Assembly: GCA_965235115.1 (NCBI GenBank)
Contig: OZ249436.1
Location: 40,610,001 to 40,674,000, forward strand
DNA length: 64,000 nucleotides
Direction of reading: 5' to 3'
Origin: Laetmonice hystrix
Lineage: Eukaryota
The number at the start of each line of letters is the position of its first letter. Position 1 is the stretch's first letter. A program made the position numbers and the translations under genes. Shown here one piece after another: positions 1-12,400 of the stretch. The notes beneath the pieces are model-generated. The model was not told where the DNA came from, ran no database searches, and saw only the letters and a list, made by a program, of their open reading frames with translations.

Positions 1-519
1 ATTTCTCCTGAATTTATTTAGTTCGGAAGGGGGCACTTGTAACAAAACACCACGTACAATAGTTTTATACCTTATGGCCTAAAGATACGAATGAAAGCGC
101 TGAATATGAGTCTGTCTGATGGCTTCTCAGGTCAACCGTTGTATCGTGTAACAAGATCTCTAGAAGATGTTTTCTTTATTTTGTTTTTCTATTAGCGCAT
201 ATAACATGTGCCAGCCATATGTTCGCATAGACATTATGTTTATGTCCGCCATTGATGGAAGGTCACAAGGGATGACCCCTTTTTCTAATAAAAACGCTTT
301 ATTTCTTTCATGCTAATTCTATCACTCCGTGTGGCCTTGTCATTTTAACCTCGGCTCTATCATCAAGAATCTTGAGATCCCCCCCCCCAATATTCTCGCT
401 ATAAGATCATGAAGAATTATATTCTCAATGTTTAACAAATGGGATCGACGACGGATTGAACTTTACGTTGCATTTTTAGTGAAATGATTTATATACTTGT
501 ATGGGGAAGGTCAACTTAC

Positions 520-576
520 CAAAATCCATTGAACACACGGCAAGTAAAAGTTCATCCTCGGTACAAGGCCTGCAGT
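520..576 (-). CDS. METRN/METRNL: Meteorin-like paralog B, coding exon 3 (57 bp; (D)CRPCTEDELLLAVCSMDF)
   Basis: Minus strand reads cttttgtactttcag|ACTGCAGGCCTTGT...GATTTTG|gtaagt, with canonical AG/GT and phase 1 at both ends. The peptide matches the meteorin CRPC-x-D/E-x-E-LL-x-A-x-C-x-x-DF motif as I recall it from vertebrate METRN/METRNL. It joins in frame to the exon at 1688-2088. It is not in the supplied ORF track in this frame. Confidence 0.92.
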
Positions 577-1687
577 CTGAAAGTACAAAAGATTTTCATC
601 ATGAGAAGATTTTAAAATGTTTGCATTTCCAGCGAATCGAAAGAAGGCAGAGTAATAACCGCAAGGTACAGCTGCTTTACATTGCGTCGATTTCCAGTAC
701 ATTATCCGTATTAATATATTACAGTTATATGACCCTATATTACAGTTATATTACCCTATAGTACTGGCAGTATATGACGGGTCGAAAGGCTGACACACAT
801 GCATGGGCAATTACCCAGAGAACGTGGCGGCCTGTGAAAACCCTATTTGTGGTGGCACTGACTAATCCTACAGACGCTCTCCCCTGCGGTCAAGTGGATG
901 CCTTTGATCGCCTAATCTGTAAGTTTCTCTGTCCTAATGATTCCATATTTATCTATCAAGGGCCGGTGGAGTATTTCACAATGGTCACTTTAAACGTTTC
1001 CCCAGAAGGGAAGGTGTCGAGAAAGGGTCTCTGACGAAGTGTCGGAGTCGGTGGACAGTGTATTCCAATGCGGTCTTCCGCATGGATTGAGCGGCTCTAT
1101 GTGGTGCACATTACATCCACTAGAGAAAAGCCTAACGGTGTCCCCGTGGTGTCCACTGGCTTACTTCCACCCAGGTGGATCCATACAATATATCCACACC
1201 TGCCGAGGGAGACTTCAATCAACACACTGCTGTAAATCTCGATACATCTTCTGTGTCTATACACCGCCGTCAGGTGTGCTCTGAGGTTGATGTTACTATA
1301 GTTTATCCACATCTAATATCTCTCCAGGCCAAAATTAAGCTGTTACATAGAATTCGTGAGAACTGAAGGGGTGATTCTCTCTGAACGTTTTGTGCTAGTG
1401 GCATTGCGTTTGGGGCAGGAGGAACATAGACCAATTATATAAGACGAGGCTTTTCTTAATGCCCTCTGATGAGCAGCTTCAAAGGCATCCGTGCTTCAAA
1501 ACCCTCGGAAATACCATTTTTAACTTGGAGGGCTCCTTACAAAATACCGTGCACCTTCCCAACCTGAATCCCAAAACTCTCGATACATTATTTTTTCCTG
1601 GGACACACATTGTCAACGATTAACATCTTATCTATCTCTAATGGCTTTCTTCATCTTAATTCTGTATTTTTGTATTTGTTGACATAC

Positions 1688-2088
1688 CTTCCATATCGTC
1701 ATCTTTCTTTGCCTTCACAGTAGTGACGTCATATTGAATACGTAAATGGCCTAAACTGGCGCTGACGTCACCAGGAGACTGTTCGACGTACAACGTTATT
1801 GGACGTGAAGTTTTCAGACAAATTTCCTTCTCCGTCCTTGGGTTGCTTGGGTCCAACGTCACCAGACGCCGTAAGCCGCCATTCTCGTCATCCGACGTCT
1901 CTAACGCAACCACTATGGTGGCCAAATGTGACGTGGCGGTGACGCAGGTTTCGAGCAGACGACCCGCTGGCACAGCGGCGGGAGATTGGAAGGAGATCCG
2001 GAGCGCCCCATAGGGCTGGTACCAGGCAACTAGTCCCTCGGAACACCTCGTAGAAATATGATGGACGCCCATTGTAACAGACGAACTC
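1688..2088 (-). CDS. METRN/METRNL: Meteorin-like paralog B, coding exon 2 (401 bp; CUB-like domain)
   Basis: Lies inside ORF 1656..2222(-). Acceptor ttctttctttcag|G (phase 2) and donor GAA G|gtatgt (phase 1). The peptide shows RCSEGLVAWYQPYGALR, ETCV, GLRRLV, EICL, LYVE and IQYDV. These are colinear with the remembered METRNL motifs RC-GAVEW-YP-GAL, VCI, ELRLLV, QCF, LFVE and FQYEL, and all three Cys are conserved. Confidence 0.92.
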
Positions 2089-5011
2089 CTGAAAGAAAGA
2101 ACATACATATAAGTCTTAAAGTGGGAGTTAGATATCACCTGTTTTTTGCGACTGCTACAAGTGTCGTGCGGTATATAGAGTTGAGGAAGATGGATATTAG
2201 AGGTAATCAACTCTTTCTTCATGATTCAATAAAGAATATAAACACTGACACGATGCGTCCTTCTATTTTGTGTTCTGCCCTTAAACCAAAACATTTCTCA
2301 ATTTTTTTTTCTTTATTCTCTATCATTAGCAGCGTAGAGGGCATTCTCTGGAATTTTGCAAGTTTGGAATCCGGCAAGGCGTCGGTAAATGATAGGGTTT
2401 TCTTCCTGTTAAATGCGCGTCACTGTCACGCTGACCATTGGTTCCGACACCTGCGTCAACCCGTGTCCGTGGGGCGGAGGGGGTGTGGGGCAGGCACCCC
2501 CACCCCCACCCCCCTGGGGAGCCGGGACAGCTAGGCGCCTGCACGTGACTGTCGCCTGCTGTAGGGGTCCTATTTTCTCACGTGGCCTGTGCGGAGACAC
2601 GACCGAAACACGCCGAGTGGCCTGTCGCTTGGACAGTAACTCGAGAGCCAGGCCGCTATCACAATATTGGTATCGTATTCTTCACTTGGTGGTACAACGC
2701 TTGCGCTCAGCGGACCATAGCGCACAAAAAGTGCAAACACCCCCCTGTATTATAACCGTACCTTACCAAGACAGCTTCCCGACCTTTTGAAGGTTTATAA
2801 ATAGGACCTAATTGCTTTGAAAACTGATCGTAGATTTCAACACAGATAATTTTTCATGGGGATAATATGTAGCTTTGTATTTTTTGGGGAGCGAACCCTT
2901 GTCATACCACAGTTGGTCATCGAATACTCTAGTGGATTGATATTGTAACGTCGACCTCCTCCATCAGTTCACCGATAGGTCAATGGCAGGGCAAGAGGGC
3001 ATCGCTTACTGCCACTGGACACAAGTGTTCAGATTCTAGGGAGGGAATGGCGTGAGATATCCACACCCTATCTCTGCCGTCTCACCATGGTGTCAACGTT
3101 TCTCAACAACGTCACCTTCTTTTGTATGTCACACCAGGATGCTTACTCTAAAACGTCATGCCATGTCGATTCCTTATAAAAAAAAATAGCTGACCACGCC
3201 ATGACGGATACACTGGATGATGGGGGAATAACGTTTCAAATTTCTTACAAAGGTATTTTCTAGGGTTTTTTTCCAAAGTCACCCATTTTTAACTGACAAT
3301 AAGCGCGGTAGGTACCTGGAAGATTTCTCAATTAAAAAGTTTAAGCGCGTGTCTAACACGTGCTTGCAAAGTCTGTGTTTTCAAGTGATTCAAAGAACCA
3401 GTTGTCTGAACTTCTCCCTATACCCCAGACTTGGTGGCTTCCAGGCAGTTCGTGCACTCAGGCTGGACGGTAATAGAATGACGTATCCTGTATTTTGTAG
3501 CGCCCATAGGCCTGCTGTGATCTTGTCTCAGAATGGATGTTGTGGTATGAAGAGGGAGACAGCCGGGGCCCAGAGCGGGGCGTGGGAAGTCTTGGATGTT
3601 AGGAAGGAGTGTGGCTGACGTGGTGTGTGTCAGATCCAATCGGCGGACACAGCGGCCGTGACACGGGGCCACAGTTTGGGTTACACGGGCCAAGCACGCG
3701 TCGCTGGCCAGTGTCGCCCGGCCCGGCCCCCGCCCGGCCCGGCCCCCACCAGGCCGCAGCCAGGCCCAGGGCGGCTGGGCCCACCCAGACCAGGGCAACA
3801 GCACCGATACAAATCTCTTCGCTGTGTCGTATGTTACTTTTATTTATTTCAACGACACCATTTTGCAAACAACCGTTCTTTTTATAGTCGATGAATATTT
3901 TAATAACATAGAGTTTGTAACCTAGGCCTATTCACATCATGACTGGGAGGTTTACTTCTGCGCATCGTGTGGGTAAAGTCCTTGTATATAAGCAATGTCT
4001 GGATGCAGAACCCAGACCCCAGCATTCACAAGGGACCCAGCGCTGCCACTGGATATTTCTTGTCATGGGATCTTTGCTTATCCTATAGCCGAATCTGGAG
4101 CATGTCTTTTAACTGGCGTACACGATAAACCTTATTGGACACGTCGACACAGCCCCACAGGGGTAGATCGTCTACTCCTGCCACATCAACGACCTAACAT
4201 TCTTGCGTTTCTATAGACCTATACATTCCGTCTCTTTTTATTCTATAAGAGTCGGGCCACTGTCTTAAGGAAACGATCAAAAATGAATTATAATAAATCC
4301 CTTGCACTATTACATATTTTCGAACGTACATTGCCAAGCGGTTTATTCTATAGCTAAGTGATGCTATTACTTATTCGCCTGGCCCTTAAAAAACCGCTTT
4401 CCAAAATGAACCAATGAAAAGTTTCAAGTTTTTTCTTTTTAACAATCTGAGTCGTCTGCATGCTTTTGTATTTGTAATCACTCAAAAAATGTTTGTGGTG
4501 GTTGAGTTTGAACAGGAAGGATAGTTGTTACTCATAATAAATAACAGCCACATCATTTTCTGGAATGCGTTCTCGTGGTTGTCCCACTGTGCCATGACCT
4601 TTGTGACAGATGATGGGTGATGGGGGTCATAATGACAGACGGTCGTACATTTATAGGCCGGGGTGTCCCAATGCTAGCGGGCCACTTCAGTCTATGTAAT
4701 TCAGTCAGTTCAGTACAAGTAGCCGTACGAAGCGGAAGTCTAAGACAGAAACCATCAACTTCAAGAATCATGGTGGTGGCCAGACGACTCTGTCACTCGA
4801 CAAGTGGGTCCGTTGACGGCCCATGTAAACAGGCGGCCACATCTTGGGTCACACCGGGGCCAAACGAGATTGAACTCTTGGGGCCCCGACTCTTGCGCCC
4901 CCTGCTGGTCGAATGGCCAATCGCGGCGGGCTGACGTTGAGGGGTGTTGTCAGGGCCCGGCCGGTCGGGAGGTGAGGGGTGACGGGGGCCAAGTGAGCGG
5001 CTACCGAGCCC

Positions 5012-6040
5012 AAGTCGGGGTCCGCTGTCCCCGTGTGGAGGCGTTGAGTGGGGACATCTCGACATGCATGCATGGATCTGCTTCCACTGAACCTAGCCCA
5101 AGTCAGAGTCCGCTGTCCCCGTGTGGAGGCGTTGAGTGGGGACATCTCGACATGCATGCATGGATCTGCTTCCACTGAACCTAGCCCAAGTCAGAGTCCG
5201 CTGTCCCCGTGTGGAGGCGTTGAGTGGGGACATCTCGACATGCATGCATGGATCTGCTTCCACTGAACCTAGCCCAAGTCAGAGTCCGCTGTCCCCGTGT
5301 GGAGGCGTTGAGTGGGGACATCTCGACATCCATGCATGGATCTGCTCCCACTGAACCTAGCCGGCCAAGTCAGAGTCCGCTGTCCCCGTGTGGAGGCGTT
5401 GAGTGGGGACATCCCGACTGCTTCCACTGAACCTAGCCCAAGTCAGAGTCTGCTGTCCCCGTGTGGAGGCGTTGAGTGGGGACATCCCGACTGCTTCCAC
5501 TGAACCTAGCCCAAGTCGGGGTCCGCTGTCCCCGTGTGGAGGCGTTGAGTGGGGACATCTCGACATGCATGCATGGATCTGCTCCCACTGAACCTAGCCC
5601 AAGTCAGAGTCCGCTGTCCCCGTGTGGAGGCGTTGAGTGGGGACATCTCGACATGCATGCATGGATCTGCTTCCACTGAACCTAGCCCAAGTCACAGTCC
5701 GCTGTCCCCGTGTGGAGGCGTTGAGTGGGGACATCTCGACATGCATGCATGGATCTGCTTCCACTGAACCTAGCCCAAGTCAGAGTCCGCTGTCCCCGTG
5801 TGGAGGCGTTGAGTGGGGACATCTCGACATGCATGCATGGATCTGCTTCCACTGAACCTAGCCGGCCAAGTCAGAGTCCGCTGTCCCCGTGTGGAGGCGT
5901 TGAGTGGGGACATCTCGACATGCATGCATGGATCTGCTTCCACTGAACCTAGCCCAAGTCAGAGTCCGCTGTCCCCGTGTGGAGGCGTTGAGTGGGGACA
6001 TCTCGACATCCATGCATGAATCTGCTTCCACTGAACCTAG
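5012..6040. repeat. Tandem minisatellite, 88-bp unit, 12 copies (73- and 91-bp variants), in paralog B intron 1
   Basis: Unit aagtcagagtccgctgtccccgtgtggaggcgttgagtggggacatctcgacatgcatgcatggatctgcttccactgaacctagccc. Unit starts at 5012, 5100, 5188, 5276, 5367, 5440, 5513, 5601, 5689, 5777, 5868 and 5956. Confidence 0.97.
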
Positions 6041-9000
6041 ACAGGAATCATCACCCAAACTCTTCATCCAAGAAAATCAAGAGTGTTAGAGGTCACCGTA
6101 CTAAAGATAATCGGGCCTGACATTTTGATTTTGATATATTGATGCAGTTCAAGATGATATTCATTTGAGATAGTATATCACTCTAACGCGGCCGTTCTGC
6201 AGAAACAGAATATTGTTGTGTCTATAACGGTGCATACCTAGAATCACCACTTCAAAATTACCGTATACCTTTACTTTCACGTTTGGGGACACTACCTGTA
6301 GGCCTATACTTGTGTGTGAATCTTGGGCGGATAAACTTTGAAAACATGCATCCCGTCTAGACAAACAAATAAGAGTTCAACCTTTATCCTAAAGGTAATC
6401 TTCCCACTGAGCCTGGGCAGACCAAAGACTACTTGGTGTCCAGGATTAAAGGATTAAGTTACCCAGACGGAGTGACTGAGTCAATGGTACTACAGGAAAA
6501 TGTTTACCCAATGCCCGGCCCAAGTCTCCTGGCCTGCATGTTCAGTCAGCAATTAACAAAGATATGCTCCATATGGTACAGTTACGCCGAACTTCTACCC
6601 TCCTCAGACACCGACCCCTTTTTACTGTCAGTAAACCTCTACTAATGTGGAGCTATTCACTACCTGGCCAGTTTTTCTATCCCTAATTAAATATGCCACT
6701 GCTCTGCCAATGTTTACTGTCGGCGACATGAGAAGCCCCCGCTGTTTGTCGGCACGCCGTCAGCGCGTGGCCGCCTCGACTGAAGTTCTACATTCCTCTG
6801 GTGTAATCAGGGATCCAATTATTTCCTAACGACACGTGGAGGAGTAAATCACTGCGCTGGTGTGTGTCAGTGTCGTTAATTAGTCAGCTCGTTACGCGCG
6901 CGCTGGCTCTCAGTTACAGGGCGGTAGCCGTCATGGCCCGGTTCAGATCACACGCGACGTGCTCGCTCACGACGTGTTTAGTCTGGGCCGTCTGCCGGCT
7001 GTGACGTCACACACACAGAGTCATCTCCCGAGTAATCTCTGTGCTCACCGGAGCAGAAACTTTACGGCTGCTCCCCACGCCTGTTGGGACTGCACCCGGT
7101 TACACGAGCAGTGCCCTGCCTTCTCCCTGATCCTGACGATATCCTGCCGTCTTCCCGCCTCCCCCGTCATCCTCCCTCCCTCCTTCCTCCTACCACCCAC
7201 AGCCCCAGGGTCAGCGTGATGCACTTAACCAACATATGTCGCCATAACACGTTGATAAAGAACAGACTCCAGAAAATTAACTTTAGACAGTTGTCGGATT
7301 CGGATCTACAGGACATAACCTCCTTTTAGCTCGAGTTGGTCATCCTACTCAGAAGAACGGCCTAATATGAAACAGGAAAACCAAATACAAAAAAACAAAT
7401 TCGATGAAAACTTGAGAATTCTTCTTAAGCAGGTTACCGTGCACCACCATGTCTTTATGACTAAGAAGACCATAACATATTAAATGTCATTCTTTACGAT
7501 ATACTTGCGAGGTTACCCTAACAAAAACACCGGCGAGGTATAATACCCTTGCGACTGGAATATCCCACATTATCTCCAACATCAAATCTACAAGTCTTCA
7601 GGTCAAGACATCACGAGAAACAAAAGAAACTCAACTCCTCCAGTCGTCATAATCCGATCCATCGTGGAAGTTTTTCTAACAGAGGGAGAGTGAAGAAAAC
7701 GTAAGTATATTTATAGGGGAGCCGGGGGAGTTGGGGGACAGGACCCGACCGGTGCCATGCCATGCAGGGAGATGCTGCTGAGAGAACTGTCGCACATGTT
7801 TCACCGATTAGCCTGGAGTATAGAGCAGGAGGTCGGTGGCAGTTAGGACGACTTGTCATCGGCCGCCGGGAGGACGGCCCGTTCCCACGCCCTGCCGCCC
7901 GGAGTACCACCTCCCGACTTGGTCCCTGCTGAACATCTCCAGACCACGCTCATTGTACTGGAGGCGGTCCCGGACGGCACCCATGTACAGTGGTCGTTCA
8001 AACGAGTGGACCGAGTGCAATTTGATTATGCTATTCGATTTTATGTCTGATTAGGGAATAAAGACAAGACAAACAGTTCAGTCTCTCTAGAATCTTCTAC
8101 TCTCTGTTAGATAATCATCATGTATTATTGATGAAAAGTATGGCACTCGGCGACATTACGATTTCTCCATTAGACCCCCTAAAGGTCGTAAACCTAGTTT
8201 GATAGTTTGTCACCAGGGGGCAGCAACATCTTCGGCCAGCCGCAGTAAACGTTCCAGTCCAAATAGTTGGACACACTTCGGACCTAAAAAGCAGGTTAAT
8301 GCGATGAGCGGTTTGTCCCAGTTCTGCTAACATGAATGACACATCATGTAGCAATACATCATACGCACAACTAGTCTGTAATATGCACATCGCACTGCAT
8401 TTGGTCATATTAACTCGTTGTTGGGCAGAATATGTATCTCGATACATTGAACATTCCTGATCATATGACCGCGGCGTGGAGTGGTAAGGCCTATACGTCA
8501 GCCTATAGCCACAAACGGCTCAGCTAAAACTACTGCAAGAATTTACTGATATATCATCACACTTACTGACTCAGTTGTCCGGTAAAATATGGGCTTATGA
8601 TTTCGTCATGATTGCGCATGTCCCTGACATAGATAAATCTAACGAAGGTAATTCAGTCAAGAACAGACAGTGGTTGTTTGTTGATGACTCCCTGAACAGT
8701 GTGATCGTTGTCATAGTGTCATACAGCCTGCAGTCAATGTTGGTCACCTTTAAGGCGACGTCGGCCTACTTGTCACGATAATATTCCATGTAAACCACTT
8801 GGCCAAAGTCGATGGCGGGAATTGATGAAGGTTGAAGCTAAAGAGTGTAATCCAGGTTATTGGTGTAACGATTTGACAAACGTCGATCCTTTTGAGAGTC
8901 GGCGTAGTTCTAAGAGGTTATCGATCATAATGTCTCTCTAGTCTCCTTGACTTGTCATAATCAACCAGTAAGCATTCTCTACAATCTGGACTTATAACTA

Positions 9001-9185
9001 GTCTACAGGAAATATATTTTCTGACCAGAGGCAAGGACCCGTTTGCGTTAGGCCTATAGCTAGTATTGTATGGCCACCTTGAAAATGTAGACAGTCAGTC
9101 AGTAGATCATACACTGAAAAAGAGGGCGACCCCAGTCTAAATGTTAACCAAGTCGGCCTACCATGATCCAGAAAGGGTAACTTAC

Positions 9186-9397
9186 CACAGGAGTCTGTTA
9201 CATCCACCCAGTGATTCCTCCACGGTATTATCCTCGGAGAAGTTGACTGGAGCACCTCTGGAGTGGTCACATTGTGACATAAGTAGCAGGAGTAACGTTA
9301 ACATCCCGTACACAAACCGGGCTGGCAGCAAGGCCCGCCAATACGGGCAGGTCGTCAGGGCTCCCCAACCTGCCGCATGTCTTCCACTGCCGGCCAT
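9186..9397 (-). CDS. METRN/METRNL: Meteorin-like paralog B, probable coding exon 1 (signal peptide + N-terminus, MAGSGRH...MLTLLLLLMSQCDHSRGA...GGCNRLLW)
   Basis: ATG in strong context (gctgtgATGG) preceded by an in-frame stop at 9413-9415. Hydrophobic h-region FVYGMLTLLLLLM. It ends TG|gtaagt (phase 2), which completes a Trp codon with the first G of exon 2 and supplies the expected first Cys. A CpG-rich stretch lies upstream (~9640-9930). The assignment rests on phase, signal peptide and position more than on sequence similarity. Confidence 0.72.
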
Positions 9398-9412
9398 CAC
9401 AGCTGCACAGAT

Positions 9413-9430
9413 TCAGGGCAACTCCTTCAT
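9413..9430 (-). promoter_or_regulatory. Short upstream ORF (MKELP*) in frame with, and ending 15 nt before, the paralog B ATG
   Basis: Reads ATG AAG GAG TTG CCC TGA directly on the minus strand. It is functional only if the transcription start lies upstream of 9430, which is unknown. Confidence 0.4.
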
Positions 9431-12400
9431 GGCCCAGAGACTCTAGCACCCTACAACAACAGGTTGTAGAGCGTTTGTCGTCAATGTGTGCCCTCCGTAT
9501 GTTTTCTCCTTACTGTCATTCAACGGTATCCGTTTTTAAAGAGAAAACAGCACAGACGTCACTCGATGTTTCCTGACCTGTAGGTCTCTATATCAGTATG
9601 TGTCATAGAAGTATAGAAGTAGCGCACGTCCCATATAGTCCAACCATCCGCCCGCCTCGTTCACTGTCCGACTGCCACACTAAACCAGCAGGCTTTGAAT
9701 CATCAGCGAGCAAGCGAACGGGAACGCATGGCCCACGCCAGCCGTCCACGGTCGTTGAGTGGCTGAAGGAGTCGGCCAATGACGACGGGCGACCTTCACT
9801 ACCAGGTGGCGCGGCGGGCGTCCGGCTGTGGTTCGCCTCGCGTCTGCTCGCGCCACCTGTAGGCCCGTGTCTCCCAGATGACGGAACGTGCAGGCCGAGT
9901 GGCAGGCCGCGCCACGAAATTCAATCAACGACATGTACTATGTACCTCAGTGGCAATGAGTCTATAGGGAGTCGAGAAGGAGGGGGTCTATTCATGGATA
10001 TAGGCGTACATACCCATCTAAGCTTCAGTTTTACGGTTAACCCCAGTAGGCCCCTAGGCCACTAACCGTATTAAACACGATTAAAATATCAGGTATATAT
10101 TATGCCTTTGCATTTTTAAAGTGTAGTATGGTTACCTTGCTATTATAAAAGACGAGCCTATATCACAGTTGAAACAGCCTGCTATATCAGCCAAAATGAC
10201 GTCATGAATCATGTTATAATACCGGTTGAAGAAACAGTGTGCCGAGTAATTTTATTAAAAGATACGAACATTTCCGTTGAATATAAGTCAACCCCATATA
10301 CATAGGGCTTCTCCACAAATGGTGACTTGTCTAAGGGCACATTTCAAGCATCGAGACATTTGGTCTCAACCCTAACCCTAACCTATAACAGCAGTATAGT
10401 GACTCTAATACTGCCAGTAGGCCTATCCTTGATGAGCGAGCAAACCGGAAGTATGACTGCATGTTACCACATGTATAATAACACCACCAGTTCTAACGGT
10501 GGACAATTTATACTTCTTGTCTGATCACAGAAAGTCTGTTGGTTGCAATGATTCATGAGTATGTCAACTGTCCACGTATGTAGCAGGTTTCGCTCGTGAT
10601 CCAAGCCCAGGCTGGGTGGGACTAGCAGTTGGCCACGTGTCAGGACACTGCGGCACACTTCCTGGGCCCTGGGGCCACATGTCACAGTGCTGTGATCCAG
10701 CGCGTGTCATCAAGTACGGCTATGGCGCTATACGGCCCGGTACACGGGGTCGTGAGGACATGGATGACAATGGGATCCACAGCTGACAATGGGGTCCGGT
10801 GATAAATCAGGCCGATGTGGTGGGACCACCCGACCATCGCCTTGACACAGCGTCGGCGTGACCGCACGAATATGTATGTGCACGGGGTAATTGTGGGGGG
10901 TGGGGTGTGAGGGGGTGGGGGTGGGCATGTGTAGATACAATAATATTATCAATATAGTACGTAAGTGTGTGCATAGTATGTATGACCATTTCAATGTATT
11001 TTTTCATGTATAGGATTGTTTATGTAGGCATATATCGCATGGCTGTATATTTCACTGGCATGTAGAATCTGTGTGCAGTGAGACATCAACCATTCAGAAA
11101 CATTTCAGATCTTGTCCTAAGCCTCCCCGCTCCAATTAATCCTCATACATAATACCTTAGCATGATGTAATTTGTTTATGTATGTGGCTGCACTCAATGC
11201 CTTGAGCGAATCATAATTAAAGCAAGACACATCGAAATGTGTCTATCTATACCGACTGATTATTGATGAATATATTTTGCCACTGTGCACGAAACGTCGG
11301 TGTTGATATTGATATGAATTTATTATGTGTGCGTTCTCTGAAACTGAACACCAAGTGGGAGAAATGTGACGCTATAATATGGCAATGGCTGGTCGGGGCT
11401 GTCTGCATGCTCCGCGCGTTCCGAGCTGAAAGCAGATAACAACACCAATATGTAATACATAAACTGTTATCTCTACCAGGAAAGCTCCCGCCTATATACC
11501 GTGTATACCTTGAGGGCAATCGGCTCGGAGATATTGCAGCCACCTTCAGGCATTATCTCTGAAACAACTAACTCTATCAATGTTGCGATAACAAATGAAA
11601 GGCCACCTCACGGTTATGACGTGCTGCCGTGAAAAATAATGTCCCCAAGTTCTTGCGGAGAAATGGTCACCATTTTCAGCAGGGTAACAACTACTGCCGA
11701 CGTTGATGTACGTTCAGTTGTAGATTACTGACTGATAGTGTGTACGTCACCGTATGTCTGACTGACACGTGAGACGGCTATGATTGCCGCCTGTCTCAGA
11801 GAAAAAAAATAGTTCCCCTGTAGAGAATATTGCCATGGGGCGAAGTAACGATGCCGTTACCAGGCGGCTTGTTAAACCAAATTATCTACACGTGCGTGAT
11901 TGAGGGCAGTATACATTGTGCAATAAAAGGTAACCCAGATGTGACTCGCGGAAATAGACGCTGTAATTTATGTGTATACATGAACCTAATAATATAGTTG
12001 CAACATTAGTCAATTAAAACATCATAAACATGTCAATTATACATGTCGGTAATGACCACGTTTCTATTTACAGCGTTCTAGGCCTATAATATCATAGTTC
12101 TATATATAGGCTTACATATATACTACAATCTTGGATTTATAAGATTTACGACTTGGACATTGAGTTTGCACAACAATAATCAAGGTGAACTGACATCATC
12201 TGGTATTGAGGTCAGAGAGACCTTTTTCAATCAATGCTATCACTTTGATATATGGTCACTCCATGTGTGCACAGGATGTCAACAAGATGTAAATGGTCAT
12301 TGATGACGTCTTAAATATGTGAAACACTGCGTAGATTAATATCAACCACGACCGTGTTTCCTACAACTTCTTGTCTACATTTTCTGTTCAAACCCTTTCA

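Noticed and set aside
4793-6089. Stack of MGTSRH... ORFs and other 60-160 aa ORFs across the track
   Set aside because: These are products of the tandem repeat, microsatellites or GC-rich patches. They show no family motifs or splice support.
8560-8680. Alternative phase-2 donor (gagtca|gtaagt at ~8565) as exon 1 of paralog B
   Set aside because: The upstream frame has no signal peptide or Cys and hits a stop codon. The 9186 donor fits much better.
10367-10384. Telomere-like caaccctaaccctaacc
   Set aside because: Fewer than three units, so it is too short to call an interstitial telomeric repeat.
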